From contig CDRNST010000218.1 in the NCBI GenBank assembly GCA_977016875.1, positions 1,240,001 to 1,304,000 of the forward strand: DNA of 64,000 nucleotides, in the 5' to 3' direction. Below the pieces are notes generated by a model. That model had not been told where the DNA came from and did no database searches. It worked only from the letters and a program-made list of their open reading frames with translations. The DNA comes from Pavona decussata. Taxonomy: Eukaryota. Positions 24,280-37,160 of the stretch are shown one piece after another; the first letter of the stretch is position 1, and the number at the start of each line of letters is the position of its first letter. The translations under genes were made by a program, and so were the position numbers.

Positions 24280-25127
24280 TGTTTGATCTCCAAATCCAAC
24301 ACATTAACCACACCGTTTCCTTCCGTTGTCTCACGTTTATTTCGCCCGATCTAAAACGTTTCCAGCACAAAACAAGTACAACTTTGACTGCTACTACAAA
24401 CTCTAGCTCTGATGAAAACACTCTCGTCCTACAAGTACATGCTACAATTCTACTCTCGCTAGAGGGGGGTACAACAATTCACGATAATGTCAACGTCACT
24501 TCCGGTTTCCTACTCGAGACTAACATCAAAACGATTACACTAAATTGTCTTTCGACAACACATATAGATGCATATAGATGGCTTGTTGCTGTTTGCAATG
24601 TACATTCTTAGGCTCCATTGTTTACGACAAGCACTCGACTTTTGAGACATTTTGCAATTTTGACAAAATGCCAGGTTTCCTTTGACGGTCACCCTTTTGG
24701 CACAAGAACAACATGATCTGTATTTGCTGATATTGCTTACTCCGAGGATTGTTGCAATTACATCATCAGTGTTAGACACCTCATCAATGGTGGGTAACAT
24801 CTCCTTGAAGGGTTCAACCAGTGTGATGTTACATTCTTTCTCTTGTTTAGGTATATGTAGATATCTTTAATTTTGTGACACCTTGACTCTCACTTGGTTA
24901 AAGAAGTAGGTAGATTGTAGTGTTGTTGCATCGGCATGGTTGCCCCAGAAGATGATCTTTATGTATCCAGTTGGATCTACAGTGTATCCTTCTTGCTTTC
25001 TCACTGGCGAGCCTTGGATGACAATTGTTTTGGTAGGACGACGATGTTGCAGGCATCGTTTAGAATGTGCAAAATTAAATTCTTTTGTTTTACTCCATCT
25101 CGTTTTATTCTAATGTAATTTTCACAC

Positions 25128-25241
25128 CTTCCTTTCTTTATGTAATGTTACCAATCTTATTATAATCTTATTATATTATGCCGAAACGTCATGTTTAAAT
25201 ATCGCTGCTTATTCTGAAATGTTTTTCCAAATCCTTAGTTA
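25128..25241 (+). mobile_element. Penelope-like terminal fragment (same family as 51833-52048), ribozyme core deleted
   Basis: Matches the reverse complement of 51829-51958 (CCTTTCTT..GTTACCAATCTTATTATAAT..GCCGAAACGTCATGTTT..CCAAATCCTTAGTTAT). Confidence 0.65.
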
Positions 25242-26099
25242 TCAACAGATCTATAATTAGTGTAAATTATTTCTTCCAAATCAGGGATATTACTGCTTGG
25301 ATTAATTTCGCTTGACCGAACTGGTCTAATCTGGCCATCATTTGGCAACTGACCGAGGTAACACCGACCAACATAGCTTGGTTCCTTTGTGTTTTTGATC
25401 ACGTCATGACCACGTGGCTCCAATAGGGCCGCTGACCTGAATAAGTTGGTGATAGTGTTTTGAGACGAAAAAAAGCATGTCTTTTGGCCATTGCCGAGCA
25501 AAAAAACTCGATGGATTATATGATTCGTGACTGCAAATCACAGTCATATGGTTCAATGGCCGCTGGGTGAAACAACTGATCAGTTTGTGACGCATCTTCA
25601 GCAAGCGGGTCAGCACATATCGCGACACAGCAATGTCGAAGTGTGGGGCGGTACACACTTTCCTTATGCTTTGATAGATACAACCTAAAAAATATTTTTT
25701 TTGGACAGTTTTTATTTATATCACTTTCAATTTCAAACTACATACACCACTACAACAGTACGCTACTTACAATGCAAACCCTTACAATACCTACTGTTTA
25801 CTTATATGAAAAAGAAAAAAAACATACGGGTAAATTCCCGTAATTACAATAAGGATTACTTACGAAAAAAAAAACACAAATATATATACTTTGGCAAGTA
25901 TATCTTCTATATAAAAGAGGGCGGGGATGTATGTTACATTCTCCTCTAAAAAAAAGGCTTCCAACTCAAAAAGAAAAATAAGATGAAAAATGTTTTCCCT
26001 GCTGATTCACTGAAATTTAGCTTTTTGTACTTTGAATATTGAAGCGAGGGAATAGAAAGGCAATGTCTGGTAGGAAGGAAAGTGTAAAAAAGAGAGAGA

Positions 26100-28506
26100 G
26101 ACTTCAAAACGGCAAAAGGTTAGTTACTAAAGAGAGAAAGGCTCAATTTCTCAATTTTCAATAGTTGGAATATTTCCTCTGCTTCTGCAAAGCCAAATGT
26201 AGAATCTTGCAAGTAACAGAACAAAGTTAATTGCAGCTTTATTTTTGGAAGTATCAGGCTTCAGACCCAAGACAACAAGATTGTTAAGAAGACAGTCCTC
26301 GGATAAAAAGTTACGATCCTTTAGAGAAGCAATAAGGTTTTTCCAGAAAAGTTCTATTTTGCCGCAGAACCAGAAAAGATGCATGAAATTTTCAGCTTCC
26401 TCATGGCAAAATGTACACCTAATGTCATCCTTGTATCCCATTTTGACTAAAGATACGTTTGTTGCCAAAGTTTGATGCAGGAATCTAAATTGAAATTCAA
26501 TCAGTTTGGTGCTTTTGGTGCATTTCATAGCAGTCATGTATGCGTTATGCCAGATTAAATCACGAGCTTCTGAGAAAACCTTACTCCATTTCTCCTGACT
26601 TGAAATTTTATGGTTACATTTTGCTTCTACCAGTTTTTGATAAGCTAGTCTGCTGGGCTTTTTTGATTTTAAAAAGGTGGTGGTGAAAGACTCTTGTTCT
26701 TAACAATTTGGTGGTAAACTATGAGGTTTTCGATTTTTTCAAAGCTCTCGGAGGGTAGATGTTATTCCATAGAGTGTCAAAGGGCAAACCTAATGGTATG
26801 ATACTTGCTTTCAAATTCTGTTGGTGATAAAAAAGTACTTGGTTGTTCCTTAACTATTTGATTTACATGAGAAATGGCCATTTGATACCATCTTTTATAG
26901 AAAACCGGTTTGTTCATGACTCTAATCAAAGAATTATACCATAAGCTTTGTTTGAAGAAGGATTCTACCGTTTCTATTGAGCCTTGATAGTTTAATTCAG
27001 ACCATATCTCGAGAATCTCTTTCAGAAAGGGGTTACGTTTGTTAGCAAGCTTTTTCGAGTCTTTGATATCAAGGTTACCCCTAAAAACAGTTTGGCCTCC
27101 AATTTTCACGAGTTCAGCGTCAAAAAAACTTTCCATTTCCCCTTATTACTTTCGTCCAGGTACTTTCTTATCCACACAGACTTCAGGGCTTTGTTAAAAG
27201 AGGCAATGTCGATCATTCTGAGTCCTCCGTTGCCATAGATTTGGATAATAACGTTTCTTTTGATTTTATCACCTTTACTGTTCCAAAGGAAGTTAAAAAA
27301 GAGGTCAGTAATTTGTTTAATAATTTGAGAATTAATTTGAAAAGGCGACAGAGAATAAATTACTTGAGAGGCAACTGTTATTTTCCCGATAAGGCTTAGT
27401 CTACGAACTGTTCAGCAGCTCAAGGAGTTCCGCATTTTTTCTATTTTTTCGGAGAAGCTAAGTTTGGTTGTAATTTCCGGGTCGGTTGATAGCCAAACTC
27501 GAGAGCTTTAACCTTTGTATTTTGCCAGTTGAAATCTTTTTCAGGGTACAGTTTTTCACTTTTGCCAGCACAAGAGCCTATCCAAAGAGCTTCAGTCTTT
27601 TTACTGTTTAGTCTGAGACCTGAAACTTTTTCGAAGCTTTCTAAGACCCTCAAGGCTTCAGAGAGTGACTTTTCTGAACCCTCAAGAATTAAAGTTGCGT
27701 CATCAGCGTAGTGACTTCATTTAATTTTCTGTGGACCGAAAAGAAGTTGCTTGCCCAGCCATTCTTCATAATACAGCTTCAGTGTTGTTATAAAAGGTTT
27801 TAAACCATTGGACAATGGAAGGACCAAATCCGAAAGAAATCAGTGTTTTTTGTATAAAAGGCCATTCCAATGTGTCAAACGCCTTCTCAAAGTCAAGAAA
27901 AAGTAGAAGTCCCGGAATTTTTTTTGCCGGGGTATAATTAATATCGCTGTCAATTAGACGTATGTTCTCTTCTATAAACCGTCCTTTCAAAAAGCCAGTC
28001 TGGTCATTGTTTATCAGTTTGTGTAGATTAGTCTTCAGGCGGTTTGCAATCGCTTTTGTAGCTATCTTGTAATCGCAGTTTAAGAGTGTAAGCGGCCTCC
28101 AGTTTTTGATGTAGTAAAGTTCTTCACTCTTCTTGGGAATAAGTTGTATTATTCCCCGTTTTTGAGATATAGACAGCCGGCCGATCTTGAAACCGTAATT
28201 TAAAGCGTCTAGCAGAGGTTTGGAAACTTCATTCCAAAACATTTGGTAAAATTTAGAAGGCAAGCCATCTGTTCCCGGGCTTTTGTCTGCTTCCATATCT
28301 TTCAAAGCATTGAGACATTCCAGTTCAGTTAACAAACCCTCAATGGAATCTCGTTCTTCGTTACTTAAAACGGTGTCGTTCTCAGAAAAAAACAATTGAG
28401 TCAGGTTTCATCTTAGAAGAATAAAGATCCTTGAAGAAAGACTTGCATTCACGAAGGATTTCTTTGTCTGTGGTTGCAAAGTCGTTTTCGCATTTCTTTA
28501 AGCGAC
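26100..28506 (-). pseudogene. L1 ORF2 RT and C-terminal zinc-knuckle region
   Basis: KSPGTDGLP, NWRPLTLLNCDYKI, QTGFLKGR, LDFEKAFD, YADDATL, SGLRLN..KT, CTFCHEEAENFMHLFWFC; internal deletions. Confidence 0.92.
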
Positions 28507-28704
28507 ATTCACAGGAAAAATTTTGGATTCCCAGTGTTGGGATAAAATAGGGGTTTTATTGGGAATTTGTTGGGTTTTGATTGGGAATTCACAAAATTGG
28601 GAAAGTGCTACCAAACCCATTTTAAGGTCAAAGAAATCCCATTAAAATCCCAATATTGGGATAAAAATGTCCCATTATTTTTCCATTCTTGGGTTTACAA
28701 ACAA

Positions 28705-28968
28705 CCCAATATTTTCCCAATCCTGGGATTCTGCTGTCCCAATATTTTCCCAATCCTGGGATTCTGCTGTCCCAATATTTTCCCAATCCTGGGATTCTGC
28801 TGTCCCAATAATCTCCCAATCCTGGGATTCTGCTGTCCCAATATTTTCCCAATCCTGGGATTCTGCTGTCCCAATAATCTCCCAATCCTGGGATTCTGTT
28901 GTCCTAATAATTTCCCAAAGCTGGGATTATCCTGTCTCAATATTTCCACAAGTATGGGATTTTCCTGT
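28705..28968. repeat. 33-bp subterminal minisatellite (6 good plus 2 decayed units)
   Basis: CCCAATATTTTCCCAATCCTGGGATTCTGCTGT repeated head to tail with no spacers. Confidence 0.9.
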
Positions 28969-29429
28969 TACAGTTTTCCCATAAATTGGGGATTTTCCAT
29001 CCCATTATTTTCACAAGAATGGGAATTATTTTCCCCAGTATTTTCACGAGAATGTATCAACAATTGATTTAATCTACCCTTTTATTTCTACAAAAAGAAG
29101 AATTATGTCTCAGTATTTTCCAAAAATGGTATGTATTTAATATTTACTCCTGTACATATTTTAACATGTTTTACATAATTAACAATTTCAACAATCATGC
29201 ACCATAGGGAAACTGAGTACCTTCATGCTTCAGATAAAGTGTCTGCAAGTTAATTAATGTCAACTCAAAACAAGGTGAAACAAACTTTAAAAAAAGTTAG
29301 TATCTTTTAACAAATAACATGAATCCTTGTGCACAATCAACAAGAAAGAAACTTTACACTGGTCAATTCCTGTGAACAGCGAGGACAGGTGACTCCTTTT
29401 TAAGTGAAACATATTAATTTTGAGACCAA

Positions 29430-32400
29430 TCATTCAAAATTTAACATGTCAATTTCTCTGTGCACATTTATGTCACTTTTTCTGATATCCCCTGAGCTGG
29501 TTCCATTTTTTAGTGAAACATATTTCAAACTAATCAGCTTTCTTGCTGTAACCTCTAGTATCTGTGATACTTTGAGTGCTGTCAAGTTCTTGGACGGAAC
29601 CTCAAACCTCCGTTTCAAAATTTTAACAAGCTCCTCCCGTTCTGGGATTTTTCCAGTCACTGCCTTTACAATCACCATTGCTGACTTTTTGGTCATCTTG
29701 TTCACAGAAGCAGGTTCAGCTGCCAATGATTCCTTGCAGGCCAATGATTCCTTGCAGGCTTCATCTTGCTCATTTTCTGACAAATCATTGTCTACGTTTA
29801 ATAGCACAGTATCAGTGGAGCTTAGTTCATCTTCATCCTAAATACAAAAAGTACAGCCTTTATTAAATGACCTTGCTTATAATGACAGATTTGCCAAATA
29901 GTTATCCTAACATCATGCAACAAGGATTCAGACCTACTTCAAAAATGTATTTGGTGTCTATGCTGACTGATAATGGAGAGGGCGGTTAAGAACTTTGAGA
30001 TCTTTGATTGTAATCAAGGTTGTGCAGAAAAGAAAATGCTAAGCAGGCTAATTAACATAATAATATAATACTTAGCAGGCAGCTTTGGTTGGAGTGTGCC
30101 CTGATTCCTTATTATTTACTGACATTTTGTAGCAGGCAGCCGGCCCTAAACTACACTTCTGGTTGTGCAGTATGGGATTATCACCTCAGTAATGTAGCAT
30201 TTTCAATGAAATGTACGCTATACCTGCCAGGTTGTTAAATTTACTAAGAGAATGGCAAGGAGAGATTTAATAGGCCAATCATTTGAGCTGCATAAAGTTG
30301 CCTTTTTCGTGAAAATCCTTAATATTTTAAATTGTGAGTATAACAGCTTGGTGCTGGAGACTTGATACTTTTAAATTTTTTTCATTAATTCTAGTTATAT
30401 ATATTTTCTGCCATAAAATGCTAAAAACAGTATTCCAGTGCATACCTCAGAATTATCAGGAGAAAGCATTTTTCCCTTGGCAGCTTTTGATTGATTTTCT
30501 TTGGGCTGTTTAAAGGATGAAAAAGAGAGAATCTTTCATAGCAACACTGTATTATTTAAGTGCAGAAATACCTCATCTTTACTTATGTTACAATAATAAT
30601 GTTAACAGAAGTTTTCATATATATCAATACCATGTTTTACTTTATAAGGTACCTCCCTTTATTACAGTGCGACTACTTCAAGCAAGGCCACCCAAGGAAA
30701 ATTTTTTGAAAATTTACCAACAGCATCTGATTATTAAAATCAATAAAAATTGATGGTTGCAAAGGTTACTTGCTGTAGCTTACCATAGATGGAAGTTTGG
30801 GTCGAGGTGTGAATTCTACCTCGCTGCTGGAGCTGGACTCTGATGGGGATGGCGATACTGCAAACTAGTAAAATAAAAACCAGTCAATAGCATGTCAAAG
30901 CAATGATGCTATATACTGCTAACTAACAACTTGAAAAAAGGTTTGGGATAGTTGTTAGTTATTCCTAAACAAACAAATTTATGCACCTGCTAAGTGCACA
31001 GCCAAAACTCCAAAATCAATTACAATCAGTCATTGGACAACTCTCATTTAAATCTTGCAATGTCTTATTAAATACCAACCAAGCAACCCTGAAATTCACA
31101 GCATTTTACTCTAATGAGATGAGTGAAGGAAATATCTACCACCAGATATATGTGCATTTGATACCTTTTCCTTGGTTTTCTGGAATCTCCGTTGCTCACT
31201 GAAGAAGCTTTTAATATGCTGAGCAATACCATCAGTTAAGAAGCCAGCATCAGGCAGCGAACATTCATCAGAGATCTTCTTAGCAAACTGTTCCAGCTCA
31301 GCTTTTTTCTCTGGTGTGTTAAATTTAGGAAACTTGTGTTTCCAGTTCTCACTTGCTAGCACTCCCACTTGTTTACGTCTGTAAATATTTACAAAAAATG
31401 TAAAGGAGTTGAAAATGCAAGAGACATTTGACCAATACTGTATAAACTGAAATAAGACTGTTGTGTAAATTATCTTTAAAAAAATTCCTCAAGGAACATT
31501 TGCTGCTAATTCAGTGATTCTTTCATGTGTTTTATTGGGATGTTAATACCAAATTGTTTCCAACTGAAACTGGCTCTGCCGTCCCTTACAACAGTGTAAT
31601 TTTAACGGTAAAACTTGGGCACAGGACTTCCCTTGTTGCAGTCAACAGATAAACATAGTTGGTTAAAATGAGTTCAATCTAGTTTGTTATTTTAATTTTG
31701 TTGTTTCTGATTTAAATGGTAATGAAATGTAATGAATCAAAAAAATTTGGTTGAAATTACTTGAACCTGAATTTCATTTACCTACAGGATAATTATGTAA
31801 TAACACTGCAGTATATTGGTAACCCCTGAAACAAAAATAGCACGAAAGTGAGCAAAACGTTCAGTCCTAGCCAGCTTAAAGGAGGGAAGGGAAGTAATGG
31901 ATACCAATTAATATACCCCATTTCTATCCCCTGGCATGGGATACTAATACAGGTGTATCTTAAAAATACAAAATCAATTATACAAATACCTAAAATTATA
32001 ATAGGCCATTTTACAGTTGTGTGCTAAGTGACCCGGCATTGGATTGGAAGCGAGCCTTGTTTTGATACAAACCTCACTACTTTTCATATGCAGATCATGC
32101 TGTTCTTATGCTAACTAGTTTGCATTTACATATGAAAAGCAGCGAGGTTTGTATCAAAACAAGGTCACCCCCAGCCTCGCTTCCAATCCAAGGCCAGGTC
32201 ACTAAACACACAACTGTAAAATGCTCTATTGAAATATAGAATGCAGAACACCTGTATTTTTGGCAAATAGAATTACCGAATATACCTTGATAAAAAAACA
32301 CCCAATAAAACCCCTGGCCTGGCCTAACAGCTAGAAGTCAAACTGTATGAGCTTACATGCCAGCACAACGAAACAAAAACTTAGCAAACACGGCCACCAT

Positions 32401-32944
32401 TGGATTACAAAAATAACTTCTTTAACATTTCCACTTGCCAATAAATCAAGGTAATCTGAGAACAAAACTTAACACTCACTTTGAAAGGTATAAACGCTTG
32501 AGCTCTGGCGAAAATGTGGCCATGTCGCCCATCGAAGGCTTAGCACTGCTTGGCGATAGCGTAGTCAGAACGTTCCTTCTCTTTCCACGTGGAGATGGCG
32601 GAATCATCTTTTCAAACTCTTGTTTGAATCGCAAGGCTTTTCCGTAAGTTAACCCCAGCTTCACGAAGATTGGGGAGTCAGCATCTCTTTGTAAGAGATC
32701 GGCAATGCCTAAAGGGCAGTTTACTTCTTCTTCTGTCATCAAATAATGGGTGATAAAGTGAAAATTAACAATTTATTCAACCTACAAAACGATCGCAGGA
32801 TTGGCATACATCTTTCGAGAAGACTTACATAAGCTTACCTTCAAATGCTTTGGCGATGTCTTTGTCGAAGAGCTGTATTAACTTTTGATTTATTTCCTCA
32901 GAACTTATTAGTGTTTTATTTTCCACGTTTATTTCCTCGTTCAT
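29430..32944 (-). CDS. Multi-exon accessory (TnpA-like) gene of the CACTA element; SAM-like N-terminus suspected
   Basis: Exons with canonical splice sites chaining in frame: 32944-32839, about 32734-32480, 31378-31165, 30865-30785, last exon 29838-29430 (small extra exons near 30070-30220 possible). Confidence 0.65.
32002..32228. mobile_element. Intronic MITE
   Basis: Long inverted repeats TAGGCCATTTTACAGTTGTGTG.. / ..CACACAACTGTAAAATGCTCTA; TSD not resolved. Confidence 0.7.
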
Positions 32945-33180
32945 CTTTGAACAACTCCTGTTAACACCCCACCAAACAACTTCTAGAAAATGGCGCCTAT
33001 TTTCTAAGCACGCAAACAAACCCTCCAGCCACGCTGGCTCCTGATTGGCCCGTTTTTGAAAGGCGTGAACGGATTGGCTAAAGTTGGCTATGGCGGGTTC
33101 CCGCCGAAAAATGGTGTCAGCACAGTGATTCTGAGCCCACTGTGTTATTAGGACAGCATATATCTTTCACAAAAAGCAAT
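32945..33180. promoter_or_regulatory. Putative bidirectional promoter of the CACTA element
   Basis: About 240-bp CpG-richer gap between head-to-head ATGs with two GATTGG (CCAAT) boxes near 33043 and 33072. Confidence 0.5.
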
Positions 33181-36100
33181 ATGGCGGATATGGCGGCAAA
33201 CTATATGGAAAGTAGCGAAAAAAGTCATCCGATTTGGACAAGAAGTAGCATCACATCGTGCTCCTGCAGTGATAAGTCATATCGTCATGTTCACTGCCCT
33301 TGTTCAAGCTGCAATGGACGAGCAGTGGATAGAGGTACCGAACTTAGGCACTGGAAAGAAAACCAAATTGTTTCCAAAACTCGGTCCGTATTGGATGAGT
33401 TTCGCGAACCTTTACCTGGATGTAGTTTCAACCCTACTGAAGATGGCCTCTCAGATGAGGAAACCCAGATCGATGAAGATATTGAAGGTATGCAATTTGA
33501 AAACAGCAATAGTGGTAGCGATGAGGAGGACAATGAAAGCTGCGCCAGCTTGCCGAGAGCAAGAATCCAGCAACATGCTTATGACAAACCTGAAGAAAGG
33601 GAGCCCAACCCTTTGAGGAAATTAGTGGTTAATGCCGTTCTAGACGCTCTTAGGATTGTCAAGGAAAGTGGATCGTCTTGCCAAACGTTTGAGGACATTT
33701 TAAATTATGGCAAAACTCTTTTATTAGCCGGCCATAATAGTGAAAATATAGATCGTGAAATTTTGCTTACCTTGTGGCCAAGAAACTGGAACTCAGTGCA
33801 GACTCTATTAAAAGAAGAGGGATACGAAGATGCCAAATCACTGTTTATTTGCATCTGTCGAAATGAAAAGGAACACACAAGAAATGGAAAAACTAGTAAG
33901 AAATTTGTTTACACTGGAAAATACAGCGTCCTGGAGAATAAGGATGACTTGTGCATTTATTGCGGAAAAAAAAGGCTATCTAAAATACTACTACCTAGGC
34001 ATCAGCACAAAAGTGAAGAATTGGTTTAAAAGTGTTGATATGTGTAGAAAAATGTTGTCCCATTGGAACGCACGTGATAACTGGCTTGGTTGCCAAAGCA
34101 GCAATCCAGAAAAATGTGAATTCTGGGATGGCGAGCGATGGATTGAACTGCAGTGGTTCTGGGACCCTAACAGCACTTGGACTTTGCCAGCACTCTGTCA
34201 TCATTGTGGATTACCAGTTTCATCTGATCAGTTAATCAATTCTCCCAATGGCATAGATGGAAGTAAAGATGTAGAATGCCAAAACTGCTTTGAAATCTTT
34301 GAACACCGTATTAAAGTCACCAATGGATCTCCTTTGAATTTGGCCCTAGTGGGACACTGGGATGGATGGCAACCCTTTGGGACAAGTTACAGAGGGTGTG
34401 GATCACTAGAAGTTAGCATTGCAAACATGACCAAAAATGACAGGAACCATGTAGAAGAGGTATATGTGGTTGGCTTTATTCCTTGCTATCAGGTTCCCAA
34501 CCTACCTGAAGCTCTTGACCCATTTCTACAGCCATTACTGCAAGACATATCTAAAGGGTTTATTGATGGTTTCAAGGTTTTCAGCTATCCAAGAGAGATA
34601 GAGGTAGAAGGCTATCAAACTAGTGAAGAGGAGACAGTACGTGTGCTACTTCTGTGCTGGACAGCAGATCACCCGGGACAGTGCGAATGCGGCAAGTTCT
34701 TGAACCAAGGAAAGTCTGGATGCAGGAGATGTAAAATGGTTGGTAAACTACTGGAGAATAGCACAAACACACATGTGTATTATGGAGAAAACCGTTACCA
34801 CTTTAGATATCCTTGGGAAGAGAAATCTATTGAATCTTCTGTTGAGGACATGTTTGACATAGACCATGAAACAAGAGTTAGCGTTCGCAAAGCAATGTCA
34901 TCAACCAAAGGCTTCACTGGTACAAGCATACTACATAAATACCTCTACCCACTGTATGGTTTTGACATCCTAAAGCACCTGGTATTTGATGTTTTTCACA
35001 CTGTCTGCCTTAATGTTGTGAAAAATCAGTTAGAGAGAATTCTAGAACTGAAGCTCCTTGATCCATCATACTTGGATGACCAAGTTGAGAATTTCCCATG
35101 GACACCAGAGCTTAAAGCTGGAAGAATTCCTCGATCACTTGCACAATGTAAAGGAGTACATGTAGGACAGTGGAAAGCTGAAGGACTGCAGAAGTTTTCC
35201 TTTCCTATGGCTGACTGTATATTTATGGGCAAACTAGCTGACAGGCATGAATTGGAAATCCAATCACTTGTTTCCAGACTTACAGAACTCCACTTTTATA
35301 GTGGCCGAACATCATGGGATGATAACATGATTGAACTGCACAGAAAGTTAGCATGGCGGCTCAACATTCAGATTGAAGAAATTCAGGGATTGCACATGTG
35401 CACGATATCAGTACATAATTTGATTCACATACATGAAGACATCATCAATTTTTCTTCCCCTGACAACTATTGGTGTGCAGTATATGAGAGGGCTGTAAAA
35501 CAATACATTAAAAAGTCAAATAACTGCAAAGGGATTGAAGCAACATTTGCTCAGTCAGAGTCCAGGCGGGAATTTTTGAAACCACTGCAAGCTTCTGATC
35601 AGAGGAAGGCTGGAAAAGTTGACTTGGCAATGGTAATGTAATGCAATAAATGTTGTTCTTTACATGTGACTCTCCATAAGAAAAGTTGGTCTTAAGCGGA
35701 TTCTTTACAAAGCATCTAAATGTAGTATTTGAAACACATTTCAAATTCATTTCAAACTGTTTCAAATACATTTAAATTGGTTACGAACAGATAATGTTTT
35801 AAACAGAAGAAACACTTGATAACATGGAGAACACCTTGAAACGCTAATGTGGTAACCCCCGTTTCCTATCCAAGGGCCACATAGTTCAGCGAAAAAGAGC
35901 TGTGTACTGGCACTTGAATGTTTAAAAATCGTGGATATTTGATATAATGTCAGTAATAACATTGCACACACAAAGATGTAGATAGTAGCTAGTAACTAAC
36001 AAAAAACCTGGCCTCCAGCTTAATGTTCCCAACCATGCATTGGAATAAAAAGGTCTGTTGATCTTTTCGGAGTCAAATTTTATAGCTTGAATACATTGCT

Positions 36101-37160
36101 GTATACATTTTTTTGCATTTTGTAGCACTGAATTTGACCCCCTTAAGAAAGTTGCAGAGCTATCCATGGCATTCCAAAATTCATTAACAGTACACGGTAG
36201 AAGTTCAAAATTTAATATCATACAACCGACTGTAATACGTTTAACCATTGGCAGAAGACATTTGTTGATGATAATATATAAAGTTGCCACTTCAGAACAT
36301 ATTAATTTTACAAATTGCACTAATCTGTTTTGTGTTCTCAGGGATTTGCCAGTTCAGCTGAAATCGCCCACATGCAATCAGAAAAGGAACCTCAAACTCG
36401 AAAACAATTTCTACTGGGTGCAATGTCAAAGGTCAAATCACTGTCACTGAGTGAGAGGGTCAAAATTGCAGACACACTGGATATTTCTGTGAGAGAGGTG
36501 CCTGCAGTTGCCTTTGTTTCAAGTAAAGCCTTCCTGTCTGATGTTGGATATCAGGGATCAGTTGTCTACAAAGGAGAGAATGTTATAGCAGACATCAATG
36601 GCCATGAGATGGTGTTACTGATATGCAACTTTTTGTCTATCAGATGTGAAGGAACAGAACGTGCTAAACTGTTGGCAGTTGGGCCAAGTTACCCTCCTCT
36701 TACTACAGAGGACGGAAGTCAAGCAAGTGATTTCTGGAGTGGATTTATTAAAGTCAAGGCTGAAACAGGTTCTGAGCAGTTGTTATTCCCACTTGACTGT
36801 GTCAAGAGAAAGGTTATACTCTACAAGTGTGATGATGGTGTAAATTCTGTTGCTGACTACCAGAGGCAAGCAAGACAGCTGCCATACACCATCATTGTTC
36901 CAGTTTATATTGAGTGCGGAGATATGCTGTCTATTCAAGGGGAACATTTGCATGATATTTGGTTTGGCCATGTCCAAAGTATTGACCACTGTCAAACAAC
37001 AGTTGATGTATTTTTCTTTGTTGAAAGTAGCAGGCACAAGAATCTGTATGTTAGGGAGACACAAGGGAGGCGTGGTAGAAACACTGTTTCTTGGCACTCT
37101 GTCATTGGAATTGCAAGTGGGGAGTGGATTTCTCACACACAGTGGAGAAAGAAGGAATGA
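33181..37160 (+). CDS. CACTA/EnSpm transposase (about 1090 aa spliced; intron 35633-36341; single +1 frameshift in the A-run at 33966-33973)
   Basis: HCPCSSC N-terminal motif; HWDGWQPF, LDPFLQPL, TADHPG..GCRRC, FDVFH, WKAE, VHNLIH..YWCAVYER; ATG|GTAATG..CTCAG|GGA joins to ORF 36342-37160 in frame. Confidence 0.85.

Larger units (their letters stand above)
18819..24557 (-). mobile_element. BEL/Pao LTR retrotransposon 2 (compact, 5.7 kb)
   Basis: LTRs 18819-19100 and 24280-24557 (TGT..ACA, highly similar), flanking ACAC duplication, tRNA-Trp-type PBS, PPT GAGGTGGAGGA. Confidence 0.95.
18655..25050 (-). pseudogene. RPA70-like OB-fold/zinc-ribbon ssDNA-binding protein gene, split by BEL element 2 (pieces 24562-25050 and 18655-18814)
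   Basis: VDPTGYIKIIFWG..TYFFNQVRVK, YRSCCSCAKRV..FCQNCKM..WSLRMYI, continuing VYTDTATKLL..VKLCYD on the other side of the insertion. Confidence 0.65.

Noticed and set aside
28705-28968. 33-bp repeats as a CRISPR array or repeat protein
   Set aside because: Units are contiguous with no unique spacers, lie in the CACTA subterminal zone, no cas genes; ORFs in four frames are a by-product of the 33-bp period.
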